Source of the DNA: Tubulanus polymorphus
Taxonomy: Eukaryota; Animalia; Nemertea
NCBI RefSeq assembly: GCF_964204645.1
Contig: NC_134028.1
Location: forward strand, 15,631,653 to 15,695,652
DNA length: 64,000 bases
Direction: 5' to 3'
This document shows positions 1 to 13,469 of the stretch, one piece after another; within the stretch, counting starts at the first letter, position 1; every line of letters starts with the position of its first letter. The notes beneath the pieces were generated by a model. The model did no database searches, had not been told where the DNA came from, and saw only the letters and a program-made list of their open reading frames with translations. Made by a program: the position numbers and the translations under genes.

Positions 1-1944
1 ACAGAGGAAACATGGGGACTGCCCAACTTGTGGTGACACTGGTCCATCTATATACCAGGTGACTGCAAAACATCAGGGCGATTTGACAGCGCACTCCACT
101 GGCTTGTCCAGGAACAAAATAATCGAGGCGCAAGTAAATGACCCCGAAATATCGGAAATTAGGGAGTTCTTGGCCAGAGATGGGGTCAAGGACAAGAAAC
201 GGCTACAACGGTGTGGTAGAACAGCGAGGAGCCTCTATAGTCTGGTTGAGCGTCTAGAGCTTTTAGATGGCATTCTTGCGCTTAAACCACTTCCGGGGGC
301 TACCTCAACGAGACACCGAGTGGTACTACCCATTTCACTGACTGATGGAACCATAGGAGTCATACATTTGCGGGGAAACATCTCGGTACCAAAAAGACAG
401 AGTGCAAAATTAGGGAAAGATTCTGGGTATTAGGCCTCTCAGCTAGGATCAGGGATTTTGTTCGGGGCTGCAAAACTTGCCAAGAGTGCAAGTCCCCGTC
501 CAAACTACCAAAAGCCCCAATGATGTCTACACCGGTAGGGCGACGCTTCCAGCGTGTACATATAGACATCGTGGGCCCATTACCGAGAACCCGCCGCGGC
601 AACGTCTACATTCTAGTGGCTCAAGATGCATTCACTAAGTGGCCCGAAGCATGGCCAATTCGCACGGAAAAGGCCTCCGTGGTGGCACGTGCCCTTGTGA
701 ACGAGTGGGACACCCGTTATGGCTGCCCTGAATCCATCCACTCGGACAAAGGCGCGAACTTCGAGTCGAAAGTTTTCATGGAGATGTGTAGGATCTTGGC
801 TATTGAAAAGACCAGAACCACTGCCTACCATCCTATGGGCAATGGGCAGGTGGAAAATTTCAATAAGTCCCTGAAAGCCATGCTGACTACAGCCGTCAAT
901 GAGTGTGGAACAAACTGGGACGAAGAACTACCTGCGTGTTTGATGGCATTTCGTTCAAGCGTCTAGCACTCCACTCTTGAAACGTCGTTCTACTTGATGT
1001 ACGCCGAGGAAATGTCACTACCAATCGACATCAGCGTAGACTTGCCCGAGGACCACCAACCAAGGACTAAGTATGGCATGGACCTCTCTGACCGCCTCAC
1101 TAAGTCACACAACATTGTTCGTGATCGACTAGTGATGGCACAAAGGCGTCAGAAAATGGACTATGACCGTTTCGCAAAACGCGGGGGTTACAAGGTCGGG
1201 GATCGCGTGTGGCTGATGAGCCATTTCTTGAAAAAGGACGAGGCATCTAAGTTCCACTGGAAATGGAAAGGGCCTTACGTCGTGACCGAGAGACTATCGG
1301 AGGTGAATTACAGGGTTGTCCTGGAACCAGGCGCCGATCCGAGGGCGGTGAAGAGAAAGCGGGTTGTGCACTTCAATGATATGAAACCGTGCTTCCTGTC
1401 TAGTGAGACCGTGACCATAGGTCATAAAAAACCGAGACAGGAACCGGTTAAAACGACCGATCCTGAGGAGCAACCAACACTCAATAACGACGAGGGGGAG
1501 GTAGATGAAGACTGTGTCTGGACACGGTAACACCCAGAGACAACGGCGGTTATTCAAGAACCTCTTGTAACAAACCCTACCCAAAACCATCGCGAGCCTC
1601 CTACTCAAAACCACTCCAAGGCTGGGCCTTTGAACATTACAGACACTGAGGGGCACAGAAGACTCAGGCCCAGAGTAGGGATCGGGCGCACTAGTCGGTT
1701 CGTAAACTCATGTACAGTCAACAACGATGATTCGCTAGCCAACCAAAATAGGGCCTCAGACCCTTTGGTGAATCCAAACGGACTTATAGGACCTCCAGTC
1801 GCCTCGGACAAGATTGAGCAGAACAACATTATTTATATAGAACTGATCCAAAATTGCCAGAAATGTCGCGAAGTTCGGTCCCGGATTAACATGAGGAAAG
1901 GCTACTGGTTAGAAATGGGCCGGTACCTTAAATCAAAGGGTTAA
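1..1944 (+). pseudogene. Gypsy pol 3' part (integrase zinc finger, DDE core, GPY motif, C-terminal extension), disrupted
   Basis: ORFs 59-433, 520-966, 994-1530, 1630-1944: HIDIVGPL, DAFTKWPEA, HSDKGANF, YHPMGNGQVE, WKGPY; stops at 964-966 and 1528-1530 plus frameshifts. Confidence 0.9.
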
Positions 1945-1946
1945 AT

Positions 1947-1948
<2 letters not shown>

Positions 1949-2036
<88 letters not shown>
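1949..2036. repeat. (TA)n microsatellite, ~44 units
   Basis: Pure TA run directly after the pol stop codon. Confidence 0.98.
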
Positions 2037-2038
<2 letters not shown>

Positions 2039-2261
2039 CTTGTATATAACCCTGTATATATATTTACTTAGTTTTAGTAGACAGTTTATTATCATTTGTA
2101 ACTGGTGGTGACTTGGATTTCAGACCCCTTGCACCTCCTGATGGTATGCTTGGGACCACCCACCTTGCATGATTCAGGTGGTCTCTGAATGAACGGAATC
2201 TCCGCCATTTAGTCTTGTCGTTGCAGCCAACTCATGTTTTGAACTATTTATCGTTTCTAGC

Positions 2262-3089
2262 ATGGACTGTATCGAGTTAGACCAGTTATCTAGCCTCCAC
2301 GAGGCGACACAGACCCTTAAACGGCAGGAAAGAAGTCTGTTCCACCCTTCACAGACAGGCCAAGAACCTCAGCGAATTGAGAGCCAAGATGCATGGGCAG
2401 ACTTTATAACTCTGCCTTAGAACAGTCGTTTGTGGAGGATCCTGGTCGCATAGTAACCGGTGCGGTAGTAACCGGTCTCAAGACGACAAAGACCCGACGT
2501 TTTCGGCCGAAGATGAGCACAGCTGCATTTGAGTACATCAGCCAGGAACTAGTGAACGCCGAATGTGGTGGCGACTCCTCGCACATCTGGCCGAGACTTG
2601 AAGACTTGAAACAGAGGGCAGTTGAGGACTTACCAATCGTGTTGCTGGGAGACTCAATGTTTACGGGGCTAAAGGCCAGCGGCGGTTTGATTCCGATTTG
2701 CCACCCTGGTGAACGACTCGGTGATTTGTTGGAGTACCTCCCACATGTATCCTTTAGGGCAAGAGCGATTGTGGTCACGCATGGTATGAACCATGCCGGC
2801 GATTATGGCAGGACGACAGAGAAGTTTGTGGAAGTTTTGGCGCTACTCAAGGGCAAGCACCCTTCTGTTCCCCTTTTCCACCTACAGACCCCTGTCCCTC
2901 CTTGCTGGCGTGGTGACCACAATCGGGTAAACAACATCAACCGGGTTTAACGTCTTCGCCCTCCGTGCCAGGTTCCAACAGGCCGACCATCCAGATATCC
3001 CGGATTATGATTTTGTGGGGATCCACTACAAAAAGTCGGCCATGCATTATGTCTGTCGGGAAAAAATCCGTGTGGTAGATCGCGTCTGA
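2262..3089 (+). pseudogene. Gypsy ORF3, SGNH/GDSL hydrolase-like (frameshifted)
   Basis: ATG 2262 after tttctAG; LLGDSMF (block I), HPGERL, VVTHGMNH (block III), DYDFVGIHY (block V) after a frameshift near 2945; homologous to ORF 27951-28799. Confidence 0.75.
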
Positions 3090-5674
3090 ATGTGTTTCCT
3101 TCGGTACCTAACGATGGTTCACCTGGAGTCGCTTATTCTTTGTAATGTTAGTGACAAAAAGCCATTCAGTCCAAATACTACCACACGTGACCCCCCAGAT
3201 GTAGCACACCCCAGTGCGAACAGTTTCTTTCCGTTTTCTTTTGATTGCATTTTTCAGCTTCCCAGGACGAGGAACAGTGGCAGAGGGGCAAGGCAAGTGC
3301 AGTGTCCATTGGCCGTATCTACCTTTTGATGGTATAGATATTTTTGGTTAGACACTACGCTTAGGTGCGCCCCGAAAACAAACCACAAACCATTTGTGGA
3401 GATCGAAAGCTGCATGTATTATCATCACTGAGATGCAACCCTAATGCGAAACAACGACTACGCCGTGTTAGATGTCTACTGTATCCAGAGCCGAGAAGTT
3501 CGGAGCTTAATATACTATAATAAGGACTATAATTAAATTTGTGTAGATATTTTGACTATATATTCCTGTTCAAATAGGAGTTTGAACAAGTTGAAGGGGG
3601 TTGGTGTGATGGAATATGTCCATCAGTCGTTTTCTATGTTGTAACTGTAGGGTGCTGCCCTCTCTCTCTCGAAAATACAGAACAATAGGTGATTGTGTTA
3701 ATATCTTTTGTCCGCCTTTTTACTGGTTTTTGGGCTCTCAGAGTCGATATTTGGAGGAAACTTCTATTGTGGAACAGGCAGAATAGGACATCGTTACACT
3801 TGGCAGTACATAGGAATCGATCTGCAGTCTGGGCCGACCACAATTCGATATTTTTCCTTCTTTGAGATATTCGCCCAACGGTGTTGTCTTCCAGTTAAAA
3901 CTATAGATGCATAAACTACTCAACTAAAATGTTGAACTAAAACCCAATACGATAACGTGAACTTCGGAAATTGATGTCGGGGAATTTAACATATGTAGGC
4001 CCTAGTCGTATAAGGAATCAAGTATGCTGCATCGAATCGATCCTATTCCTCTTCAGCAATGGAAACAACGCTATGGTCTTATTTGAAAATATCTTTATTG
4101 ACATGTAAATATGCACAAAATCTGTAGAGATATGATTATTTCTCGATGACTACAACATTAATACATATGTGTCAAACCTACGATGGAGAACCGAAACATT
4201 TTTTTCTCAACTATTTTTTCATTTTTTGACTGGTCCCCTGATGTACAACCATGGAGGACTCTTAGTAGAGACAACATGCCATGCAACAGAAATAATCTAT
4301 TCTCACAATGGTTGTTACGTGTTCTGATTTTTAGCACAAAATTAATCTTTTACACAAGGGTCATTTTAAACTATGTACGATATACATGTACCTGAGGTTG
4401 ATAGAAATTCCTCGAATCGAAAATAACTGAATCTACATAGGGGAAACAATATATACCTTGTAGACAAATAGCCATTTAACATCATTATCAATACATGATA
4501 ACATGGTTTTCATAAAAATTGACTAATACGTAGTAATGCGTATGGTGTAGAGTATACTCAGTAGTCACACATTTCCACAGGTTTATATAACATGTGACAG
4601 TGCTAATGATTATTGAAAATGAAGAAAATCATACATTGGATAATATAGCAGCAATATTAGACAATTGGGTGGTCACCAATTCTAATAGGGGTAGACCTCT
4701 TACCTGCTAATACACCAGGGTCAAGGAAATCAATATAGGTTGACAGGCTGTATGGTGCCAATGAAAAATTCAAGATGGAAGACATCCTGTCATGTTGGAC
4801 ATATCATCTAGCTGATAGATCACCATTTTCAATATCACCTCTTCCAACTCATACACAAACTTTCAAGAAGATTTATTAAGACTTACCGGCTGTAGAGTTC
4901 TAACAAACCTTACAGGAGGGTGGTGCAGGAGGGTTAGAGATTATTACAACATTGAACATTTTGAAAGTTCAGATGAGAAACTAAGCTTCTTTCGCAAGTT
5001 ATTTTGTACCAATGGAGGCACGTGTCATACATGAGCAAAAATGGACTTCAGTCAAGCAAAAGTCCATAAAAATTATACGATGCCCCTAGGAAAGGCATCA
5101 AGACAACACATCAAAGTGTAATGAAAACGTTAAAAAGGAACCTGATTCCATCTATGGACACTCATAATCCTCAAATGGACAAAAATGTTTGAATATTCAA
5201 TACAAGTTCATACCTGCAAATGCAAATCAATTATACAAACTCACACATGGAATCTAAATTAGAAGAAGTTGCGTTGGCAGAACCATAGAAGAGAATCTTC
5301 AATGACATAACAAAATAGAGAATATTCTTTCTTTCAGAGTACATTTTTAAAGGGGTCCAGGAACACTCTGCCTACTCGGAAAATGATATGGAATGCCCAA
5401 AAATCAGACAATTTCTATATTCTATGCCTCTTATACAGAAACCTTTGGAATTTACCACTAGAACTTGTCATGAGCTACAATTTTGCAATTATTGTAACAA
5501 AATAAGCCCAGATATCAACGTAATATGAAAATACTACGTTATTTGGCTATTCAGCGCTCACTGGTGACAATATACATAACCCAATGACCTTGAACCCCAC
5601 CCAAATTATAGAACAAGTCATGAGCTACAATTGATTGCGGTTACTAAATTTTTAACGGATAGGTACTAATATAC

Positions 5675-6790
5675 ATGCATCTTTCCTGGAGAAACTAAAT
5701 GCACTACACCCTAATCTTAAATTTACTTCAGAAATAGGGCCGTCTACACTTCCATTTCTAGATACGTATATTTCGCTCCCAGCAACGGAGCTTCTCATGT
5801 ATTTAGAAAATCAACTTACACTAGCTTGATTCTAAACTTTTCAGCTATGTGTCCTCAAAAATGGAAATTTGGTTTAATCCAATGTCTGCTCCATAGAGCA
5901 TATACTATAAGCAGTAGTTGGTTTGTTTTCTCACAAGAAATTGAGTTCCTAAAAAACGTTTTCCACAAAAATGGCTACCCACAAGATTTGTTTAATTCTT
6001 GTCTTAGAAGATTTTTGAATAGCAAATGTAGTGATGTTACTCCCGCTAGTATGGTCAGGGAAGATAAGGTCGAAACACTTTTTTTCGTTCCTTACATAGG
6101 CCTCCGTTCAATTATATTTAGCAGAAAACTCAAGAGTCTATTCAAACAATATTACAACGTGGATATTCGTATTGTCTTTACTTCTTTCAAAATTAGGAAC
6201 TACTTTTCACTCAAGTCCCATACTCCTTCACCCTTGTTGGCCAATGTTATTTATAAATCTAAATGTTTGCGTGATGCAAACAACACATACATTGGTAAAA
6301 CAATGCGACATTTGGCCACAAGGGTAAAGGAGCATGGAACTTCACCTTCAGCAATTAAGGAACATTTACCATCATGTATAAATTGTGCATCAAATTTTTC
6401 TTTAAAAAACAACTTTTCAATCGTTGATTCTGGAAAAAATGACTTTGAAATCACCATCAAAGAGGCATTATATATAAAATCCAAAAAACCAAGTATTAAC
6501 AAACAACTTTCCACACATGGTGTCTCATTTTTACTGAACGTATTTTGATATGTTTATAATCCATTTGTACTTTGTAAACTAGGCCACTTCACGCCTGCAT
6601 GATATTCTCTGTAATTAGTAACAGTATACTATACATAGTTTGTATCTTTTCATGTCATTTCTTGAAAAGGACTCGAAGAGATGAGTCGAAATCGATTGAA
6701 ACGTTTGAACATGTAAATAAACTCATTATCATCATGAAGATTGTGATAGTTGCGTTCTTATTATTATTTAACTATCTGGACACTCTTCCG
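5675..6790 (+). mobile_element. Penelope-like element, 5'-truncated (RT C-terminus, GIY-YIG endonuclease, 3' pseudo-LTR)
   Basis: FLEKLNALHPNLKFTSE..LPFLD upstream of ORF 5826-6548, which carries NVIYK..C...YIGKTMRHLATRVKEH and IKEALYIK..KPSINKQ. Confidence 0.9.
6658..6701 (+). ncRNA. Putative minimal type I hammerhead ribozyme of the Penelope element
   Basis: tttc-TTGAAAA-g-gactc[gaagagat]gagtc-GAAA-tcga-TT-gaaa: stems I and II pair, core is a U3-A8 variant, stem III is palindromic. Confidence 0.5.
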
Positions 6791-7689
6791 AAATTATATA
6801 AATGGACGAATTGAATATATTCAACAACTGCCCCTGATGGTGAGAAAAAGAACTGGGTGATCCCAATTTCACATGAGGAGATGAAACCTATGATGGTGCT
6901 AATATTATCAATTATCAAGACTCAAATTTAACACCCGTTGAAATTTTTCCACTTACGAATGAGTATTCATCACACTAAGATGGCCACCAGCTGCAAAATA
7001 TTTGACTGATCAAAATATGTGTCTGATATGTCAAAGATCCCTTCCCTTATAATACCAATCACAAATTTCAACGAAAAATGGCAAACCATTAGGAAGCTAC
7101 AGGTCTTGCACATTCAAGCCAAAAATAACCTTTTAGCACATAGAAAGGTTACAGGATGGCCATCTTGTAACCAATTTACCCAATTCTTCTATTGCTGATG
7201 AGTACAGGGGGACACATATAGTTCAAGATAATTGATCGAATTGCTTCAAAATTTTCATGGATAAAATGTGTAAAAAGCGTTGATTGCGGCGACCGTCATC
7301 TTGATTCCAACAGGCTCATTTTTAGGACAGTTAAGTGGATGATAAGTGAATGCAATTGCCCACGGGGACTTAAGTCCAAGTTTAGCTAAAAATGAGAAAA
7401 CCTTTTAACACTTACCATTTATCATTTTTCAACATAACACTTATGGTTCCAATTAACAGTTACCATATAACAAAGGGATTATTATCAGGTCTTATCTAAA
7501 TATCCGAAACCGCATAAAATCTAATTCTATTTTGTGAAAACAATCTAATTTCAATTTTAGTAAGCGCCCTTTCAATACCTAAAAATATTCCCATGTTTGA
7601 AGTAAATGACTGATTTTGAATACACTCTACAGAAAACAATAAACATCACATAATGATTTTCACTTGCAGCCACCTTAAACAATCATCTC

Positions 7690-7995
7690 CATTGCTATGA
7701 AGTTCAACCATTTGCTCCTCGGCTTTATCATGAGTGATTCCATGAACCTCCATATATATTATAATGAGTGTCTCAGGAAGAAGCACACGAAAAACATAAT
7801 CCATAGTGGCCTACTGGAAGACACAAATATATATCAAAATTTTAAAGATGATACTCATGTACATGTATTTTCCTATGATTAGTCATACGTACCTTCATGT
7901 GCATCTGACAATATATATCAGTTACGTTTGACAATTAGGTCACACTGATTGTTGCTGTACAGTTGCGATGGTACCTGGTACGTCAAGTTCACTGT
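7690..7995 (-). pseudogene. Decayed exons of an unidentified spliced gene
   Basis: AG/GT-bounded segment at ~7892-7991. A second segment reads MDYVFRVLLPETLIIIY/EVHGITHDKAEEQM, which recalls the PWWP3A/MUM1 C-terminal motif (VLLPEA...AEEK). Contains a stop and a frameshift. Confidence 0.3.
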
Positions 7996-10589
7996 AAGAG
8001 ATCCATTTAAACATGAACATATTAGATCAAAATCTACATGTAGTTACAGGGGAACCTGGCTATAACAAACTTAGACACAACAATTCATCACATATAAAGA
8101 ACTAGCAAATGATCCTTCCAAAAATGGGCTTTATCATGATTGAATTGAAAATTTTGCTTCTTGTGGGTATTTTTTTCATCTAAAAATTGGCTCCTTTTAT
8201 TCATTTAATTGGTAGATACAACATATTTTATTTGGAAGGTCAATTGAAAAAGATATCCCTAAACTACAGTGACTTATGCTGTAAGTGCAGCAGAAGTGCT
8301 ATATTTTCGGGGTTTATCATGCGTGAGCAACGTAATTGTTTCATTTACCAAGATTACCTTTAGACCATTCAAACAGAAAGTTATCAACGCGCGAAGATAC
8401 AAACATCAATAAAACCTCCACTTCTGACTGGCACTGTAGTTTGGTCAAGAGATACATTCAGCAAATATGGCCCATTATTCATACTTACACCTTTTCTTTC
8501 CTCCTGCTTTATGATCATCAAGATGTCGACATAAAATCTGAAATCATATCAAGTTTAATATAATTGCTATCGGCAATGTATACTTATAACGTGCTAAGGT
8601 GATCTCTAATAATGTGATGTATTATTCAAAGTAATCAACAATTTTTTAAATTTTTGAGATTACAATGGATATCAATCAAATCAATCAAACACCAGTCTTT
8701 ATTCAAAAGGTCCAAACCTGTCAAAATATGGAGGAACAGAAGAGAAGTACACAAAAGGTTGAGAAAAAAATAATACTTAGCTTTGGAAAATGCTGCCTAG
8801 ATATCCATGATTTTTATTTAGCAAATTAACCAAATCATCATCCTTCAACTGCGAAACCTCTCTGTAAGAAAACAGAAGAAAATCAAATATATCATTTGAC
8901 TAGGAAGATGTACTAAGTATGGGCTCGCCATTTTGTGATTTTAAACAAGTGCTAGATGACCCGGAGGTAGCGACGCGACTTGGAATGGATTTGGCACCTG
9001 AACGTGTCTGGATCCACGCCACCCCTTGCCAGGAAGAAGCGTCTGAACTACCTGTTTTGGTGAGGTCATCCGAAACTAGATGCTCACTGAGAAAGGACAG
9101 GTCTGTCACAGTGCGTAAGCCTCCCGAGGCCTTGAGCTCTGTAAACAGTCTCGAGTTCCAGCCCAGAGAGGACTCGTCCGGTATCTGCTAACATGTTGTA
9201 GTAATAGTGTACATGTTCAATTTTTTAACAATCATTTAATCTCAATTCATTTACTAGTGAAGGGAGCATATTTCTCCAATTTGGCTGTGTAATTTTGAGG
9301 TTCTTGACGATCTCTTCCTATCGGCTGGATTTCCCTAATCAGCGAGGATCTTGCTGCCAGAATCATGTTGATTTGAGCCTGACAGCCAGTAAAAGCGAGT
9401 CACTGACCTAGGAAGTAGATAATTCTATTTAAACCGTCGATAGGTGGCTCAGCCAGAGAGAGAAACTTTCCCGGCTCGGGGGCCCTACTCCAGCGGGGGA
9501 TCGGTAAACCCAGTCAGTCGGTCCTGGACCCGTATTTATCAATACACATCAACTCGGCTGCCACCACAGATGACTCGCCAAGAGCGTGAGCATCCTCCTT
9601 GGAGGCGGTATCTGAAGCCATGCACTCAGCCTGTTCCGCGGACTTACGAGGTTTAGGCATGGTGGCGCCATGTTTGCATAAAACCTTTTGGATGAGTGTG
9701 TAGAACGGACTATCCGCCGGTGCTGAAAAGTTAAAACTGGTAGCGAACGAGCCCGAAGGCAGTCGGTCAAACGTTAATGGTGAACAGGAAGTGGTCAATT
9801 CGGATGGTGGAATCCAAGGCGACGACTCCCTGGAACCCGGATGCGTGATGGGACCTGCCTCCAAGAAAATTCGTCGAAATCCTTGCGGTCAGGATCCGCG
9901 TGGGTAACATCCCTGGGACTGGAGTTCTCTGACTCGAAAAACAGGGAGCGAGGGGCTCCAGAGCCGGTCGGTTTGAGGCGACCCTTTGTCGACTCTGCTC
10001 AGGGGACAAGGAGCTCCTGCGACAGCTCCTGTAAGGACATTGAGGACACTCCTACTTGAGGATCTTGACCTCGGGGAGTTGGATGAGGTCGAAGAAGACG
10101 GCGATGGAGACTCCTACGACATGTTCCAGGGGAGCGACGAACCGGCGAGCAAGCTCTTGGCCCGGCTAGGCAACTTGACACGATATCAGACGATGCATGG
10201 GCAACCGGAGCCGGAGACGAGAGCGGCACAGACTTGGGCACTGGCTCTGTTTACTACTGGTATCTAGTACAGTAGTCGCGAGAGTGATGGGAGGTGGATG
10301 GCTGGATTTCTTATGAGAATCCCATGAGGGATCGCCGGCCTGCTCCCCTACCGATGGACGGCCAGAAGGAGAGGAGCCCGCGAATCACTCAAGGAAATCA
10401 GTATGATGTTGAAAAGGTCGACTGGACTTTCCCAAGCGAATCAAAGATGAGAAGCAAGAGTTATCGCAGAAAAACAAGAGATGCATTAGTATTGTAATTC
10501 GATTGTGCTCCAAGACAACCAATGACTTGCCTTTCGCATTGAACTTAGTTAAACTGTCGAATAACTTTAGTTACCCCCTGTGCGTTTAG

Positions 10590-12280
10590 AAGGCTAACGT
10601 AGGAAACTAAGCATAAATGAACAGTTCCGTGATCACTACCGAACTTTCATGTCGATGGCAATCAAGTCAGGTTACGCCGAACTGGTACCCCCAGATAGCG
10701 TAATAACCAACGGCCGCGTATGGTATCTACCCCGTCACAGTGTCTGTCACCCGATGAAACCACACAAGGTTCATGTCGTTTTCGATGCCTCAGCGTAGTT
10801 CAACGGAGTGTCGTTGTTACAAGGGCCCAACCTTATCAAAATTCTTGTTTGTATACAGCATCGCTTTCACGAGGGTGAAGTACCACTGAAAGCTGATATA
10901 GAAAGGATGTTCTTTCAAGTTAGGGTGCCACCAAAAGATCGTGACTGCCTACGTTTCTTGTGGTGGACCAATGTGACAAAAGAACCAGGGTGCTACCATA
11001 TGACTGTTCACTTATTCGGAGCTGTCTCATCACCAAGCTAGGCAAACATGCCCTTGCCTCAAACGGCTATCGAAAATGCTGATGACTTCGCGGTATGAAC
11101 CCTAAGTCGTCAATGATTGCTTGAAGTGTACTGCTGACCCGGCAAAATCTGTCAGTCTTACGTTTGAGTTGAAGAGTTTATGCCAACACAGAGGGTTCAA
11201 CTCGAATCAGTGTAAAGATATCTCCATCATCGGCACTATCAGAGAACGACCATGCTCATGAGATGAACCAGACAGACATGAGTAACCCTGAATGTCACGT
11301 CGAGTGCTATTTTCAGTGGTGGCATCATGTTACCCCAATGCGGTTCATGTCGCCATTAATACTTCCAGCGAAGCTCATCTTACACCGGTTAAGCTTATGC
11401 GAAGTAAAGATAGGCTGGGACTCACCTGTACCCGAATCAGAGTCCGCTGCCTGGAAACAGTGGTTGGACGTGTCTTTGTTGAATACAATCCTAGCTCCGA
11501 GAGTCTGAAACCGAGCAGCCGCTGTAGCATCATGTTCTGTATCATTTTTCAGATGCTTGTGTTATCGGTTAGGGCACCGCATCGTATCTGAGGCTTGTTG
11601 ATACTGAAGGCCTGATAGCCTGTTCGCTGCTCCTTGGCAAATCGAGAGTCGCCCTGGTCGTTAAGAAAGTCTTAATTCCATGCTTAGAGCTCACCACAGC
11701 GACTATGGCTGTCTGGATAGATAATATGCTTCAGCAAGAAATCGACTTGAAGGTGGAAGATACCTTCGACCGGACCGACAGCACCATAGAGTTGTGTTAC
11801 ATGAATAATGAAATGTTGCTTACCGAACATTCATAGTGAATAGAGTAGAAATCATACGTGACAGTTCAGATGTGAGTTGCTGTAACCACATCTCCCCACA
11901 GGAGAACCAGCTGACGTCATTTCTTTCGGACTACAGTTTAAGGAGAGTCATCGTCTAGACCAGTGGCTGAGATGTCCAGACTTTCTACGCCAGACTCGTG
12001 ATAATATTTGGCGTCCACCCAAGTGGAGTGGTAGTTACCGATTGAGGATCCGGAATTTAAGAGAACTAGCACTGTCTGTGCCTGCATAGTGATCGTTGAT
12101 CATCCCGTTGTATATCTGCTCCAAAGCTTCTTGAGTTGGTCCGAACGAGAATGGGCGCGATTGGACTAGACGCATCAGAGAGATTTATCGTCAAGGTGTG
12201 TAATATCAGTACTTGTCCAATGAGATTGCAGAACTGTCGAAAGGGGAGAAATGTCTGAGCAAAGCTTATCACATTGCGAA
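10590..12280 (+). mobile_element. BEL/Pao LTR retrotransposon pol remnant (RT plus RNase H/Pao region), heavily decayed
   Basis: GRVWYLP..HPMKP.KV.VVFDAS, LLQGPNL, ADIERMFFQV, RFLWW, VHLFGAVSSPS, IGWDSPVP, FSDA, GKSRVA motifs across broken frames. Confidence 0.85.
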
Positions 12281-12281
12281 A

Positions 12282-12830
12282 CTGGGAGCGAGGTGCTGTG
12301 TGTTGCGTGGATTACCCTTATACAAAGTGGCTGGGATTGAGGTGCTGTGTGGCGCGTAGATTACCCTTATATAAAGTGGCTGGGATCGAGATGCTGTGTG
12401 ACGCGTGGATTACCCTTATACAAAGTGGCTGGGATCGAGGTGCTGTGTGACGCGTAGATTGCCCTTATACAAAGTTGCTGGGATCGAGATGCTGTGTGAC
12501 GCGTGGATAACCCTTATACAAAGTGGCTGGGATCGAGGTGCTGTGTGTCGGGTGGATTACCCTTATACAATGTGGCTGGGATTGAGGTGCTGTGTGACGC
12601 GTGGATTACCCTTATATAAAGTGGACGGGATCGAGGTGCTGTGTGATGCGTGGATTACCCTTATACAAAGTGGCTGGGATCGAGGGGCTGTGTGGCGCGT
12701 GGATTACCCTTATACAAAGGGGCTGGGATCGAAGGGCTGTGTGGCACGTGGATTACCCTTATATAAAGTGGCTGGGATCGAGGTGCTGTGTGTCGCGTGG
12801 ATTACCCTTGTATAATATTGCTAGGATCGA
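12282..12830. repeat. 49-bp minisatellite, ~11 tandem copies
   Basis: Unit gtggattacccttatacaaagtggctgggatcgaggtgctgtgtgacgc; copies start at 12307, 12356, 12405 and so on, with no spacers. Confidence 0.95.
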
Positions 12831-13074
12831 GGGACAGGGTTTTCCCCTGGATTACCTGTGTGGCTGGATCGAGGGGCTATGAGTACTTCGGTTTGTCAGT
12901 ATGTCAGTAAACAACGCAAAGTTTGCAGCCAAATAACTCTTTGAAAGATTTTTTGTCATATGCCAGTTGGTCGGTATGTTGGTAGAAAACTGAGTGCACA
13001 ACAGCCGAATTACTCCTTTTTAAAAATATATCTTTGAGTGAACTAGTCCACGCTAACCTGGACTTGAACCGGCT

Positions 13075-13460
13075 TTATTAGGGCCAGAAAGGACTGGCAG
13101 TTGACCTAAAACATATGATTTTTAATCCATTTTGAACTGTATTGAATGATATCAAAAAAGTCTTCATTGAATGGGTTTGAAAAGAGAAAATTGACTCGAA
13201 CGTTTCCATGCCTATACACCAAACTTCAGTTGGTAGGCATGGAAACATATAGTTAAACTTTCACATCATGGAGTCTCTTTCCTCTTTTTAACCCCTTTCA
13301 ACGCACACATTTTTGGATATCCTTTGGATTTAAACTCGATGTTTTAGGTCAACTGCCAGTCCTTTCTGGTTCTAATAAGACCTTTATCAGGTCAAAGTTT
13401 TTACCAAGACTTTACCAAAACTGACTGAACTAGGCCACCTGATGTACTCTCAAGTCAAAT
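13075..13460. mobile_element. Palindromic MITE family copy 1
   Basis: Arms ccagaaaggactggcagttgacctaaaaca / tgttttaggtcaactgccagtcctttctgg around a centre tttccatgccta...taggcatggaaa; the same sequence recurs at 14041 and 17010. Confidence 0.75.
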
Positions 13461-13469
13461 TTTTAAATA

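Larger units (their letters stand above)
1..3990 (+). mobile_element. Ty3/Gypsy LTR retrotransposon copy A (3' part; 5' end outside window; right end of LTR approximate)
   Basis: Integrase fragments, ORF3 esterase, polypurine tract GAAGGGGG (3593-3600) followed by TG start of a putative 3' LTR at ~3605. Collinear and homologous with the element at 21954-29534. Confidence 0.85.

Noticed and set aside
12282-12830. CRISPR-like array or repeat-protein ORFs (12405-12815, 12601-12882)
   Set aside because: Head-to-tail 49-bp units without unique spacers, no cas genes, eukaryotic context; the ORFs are by-products of the repeat.
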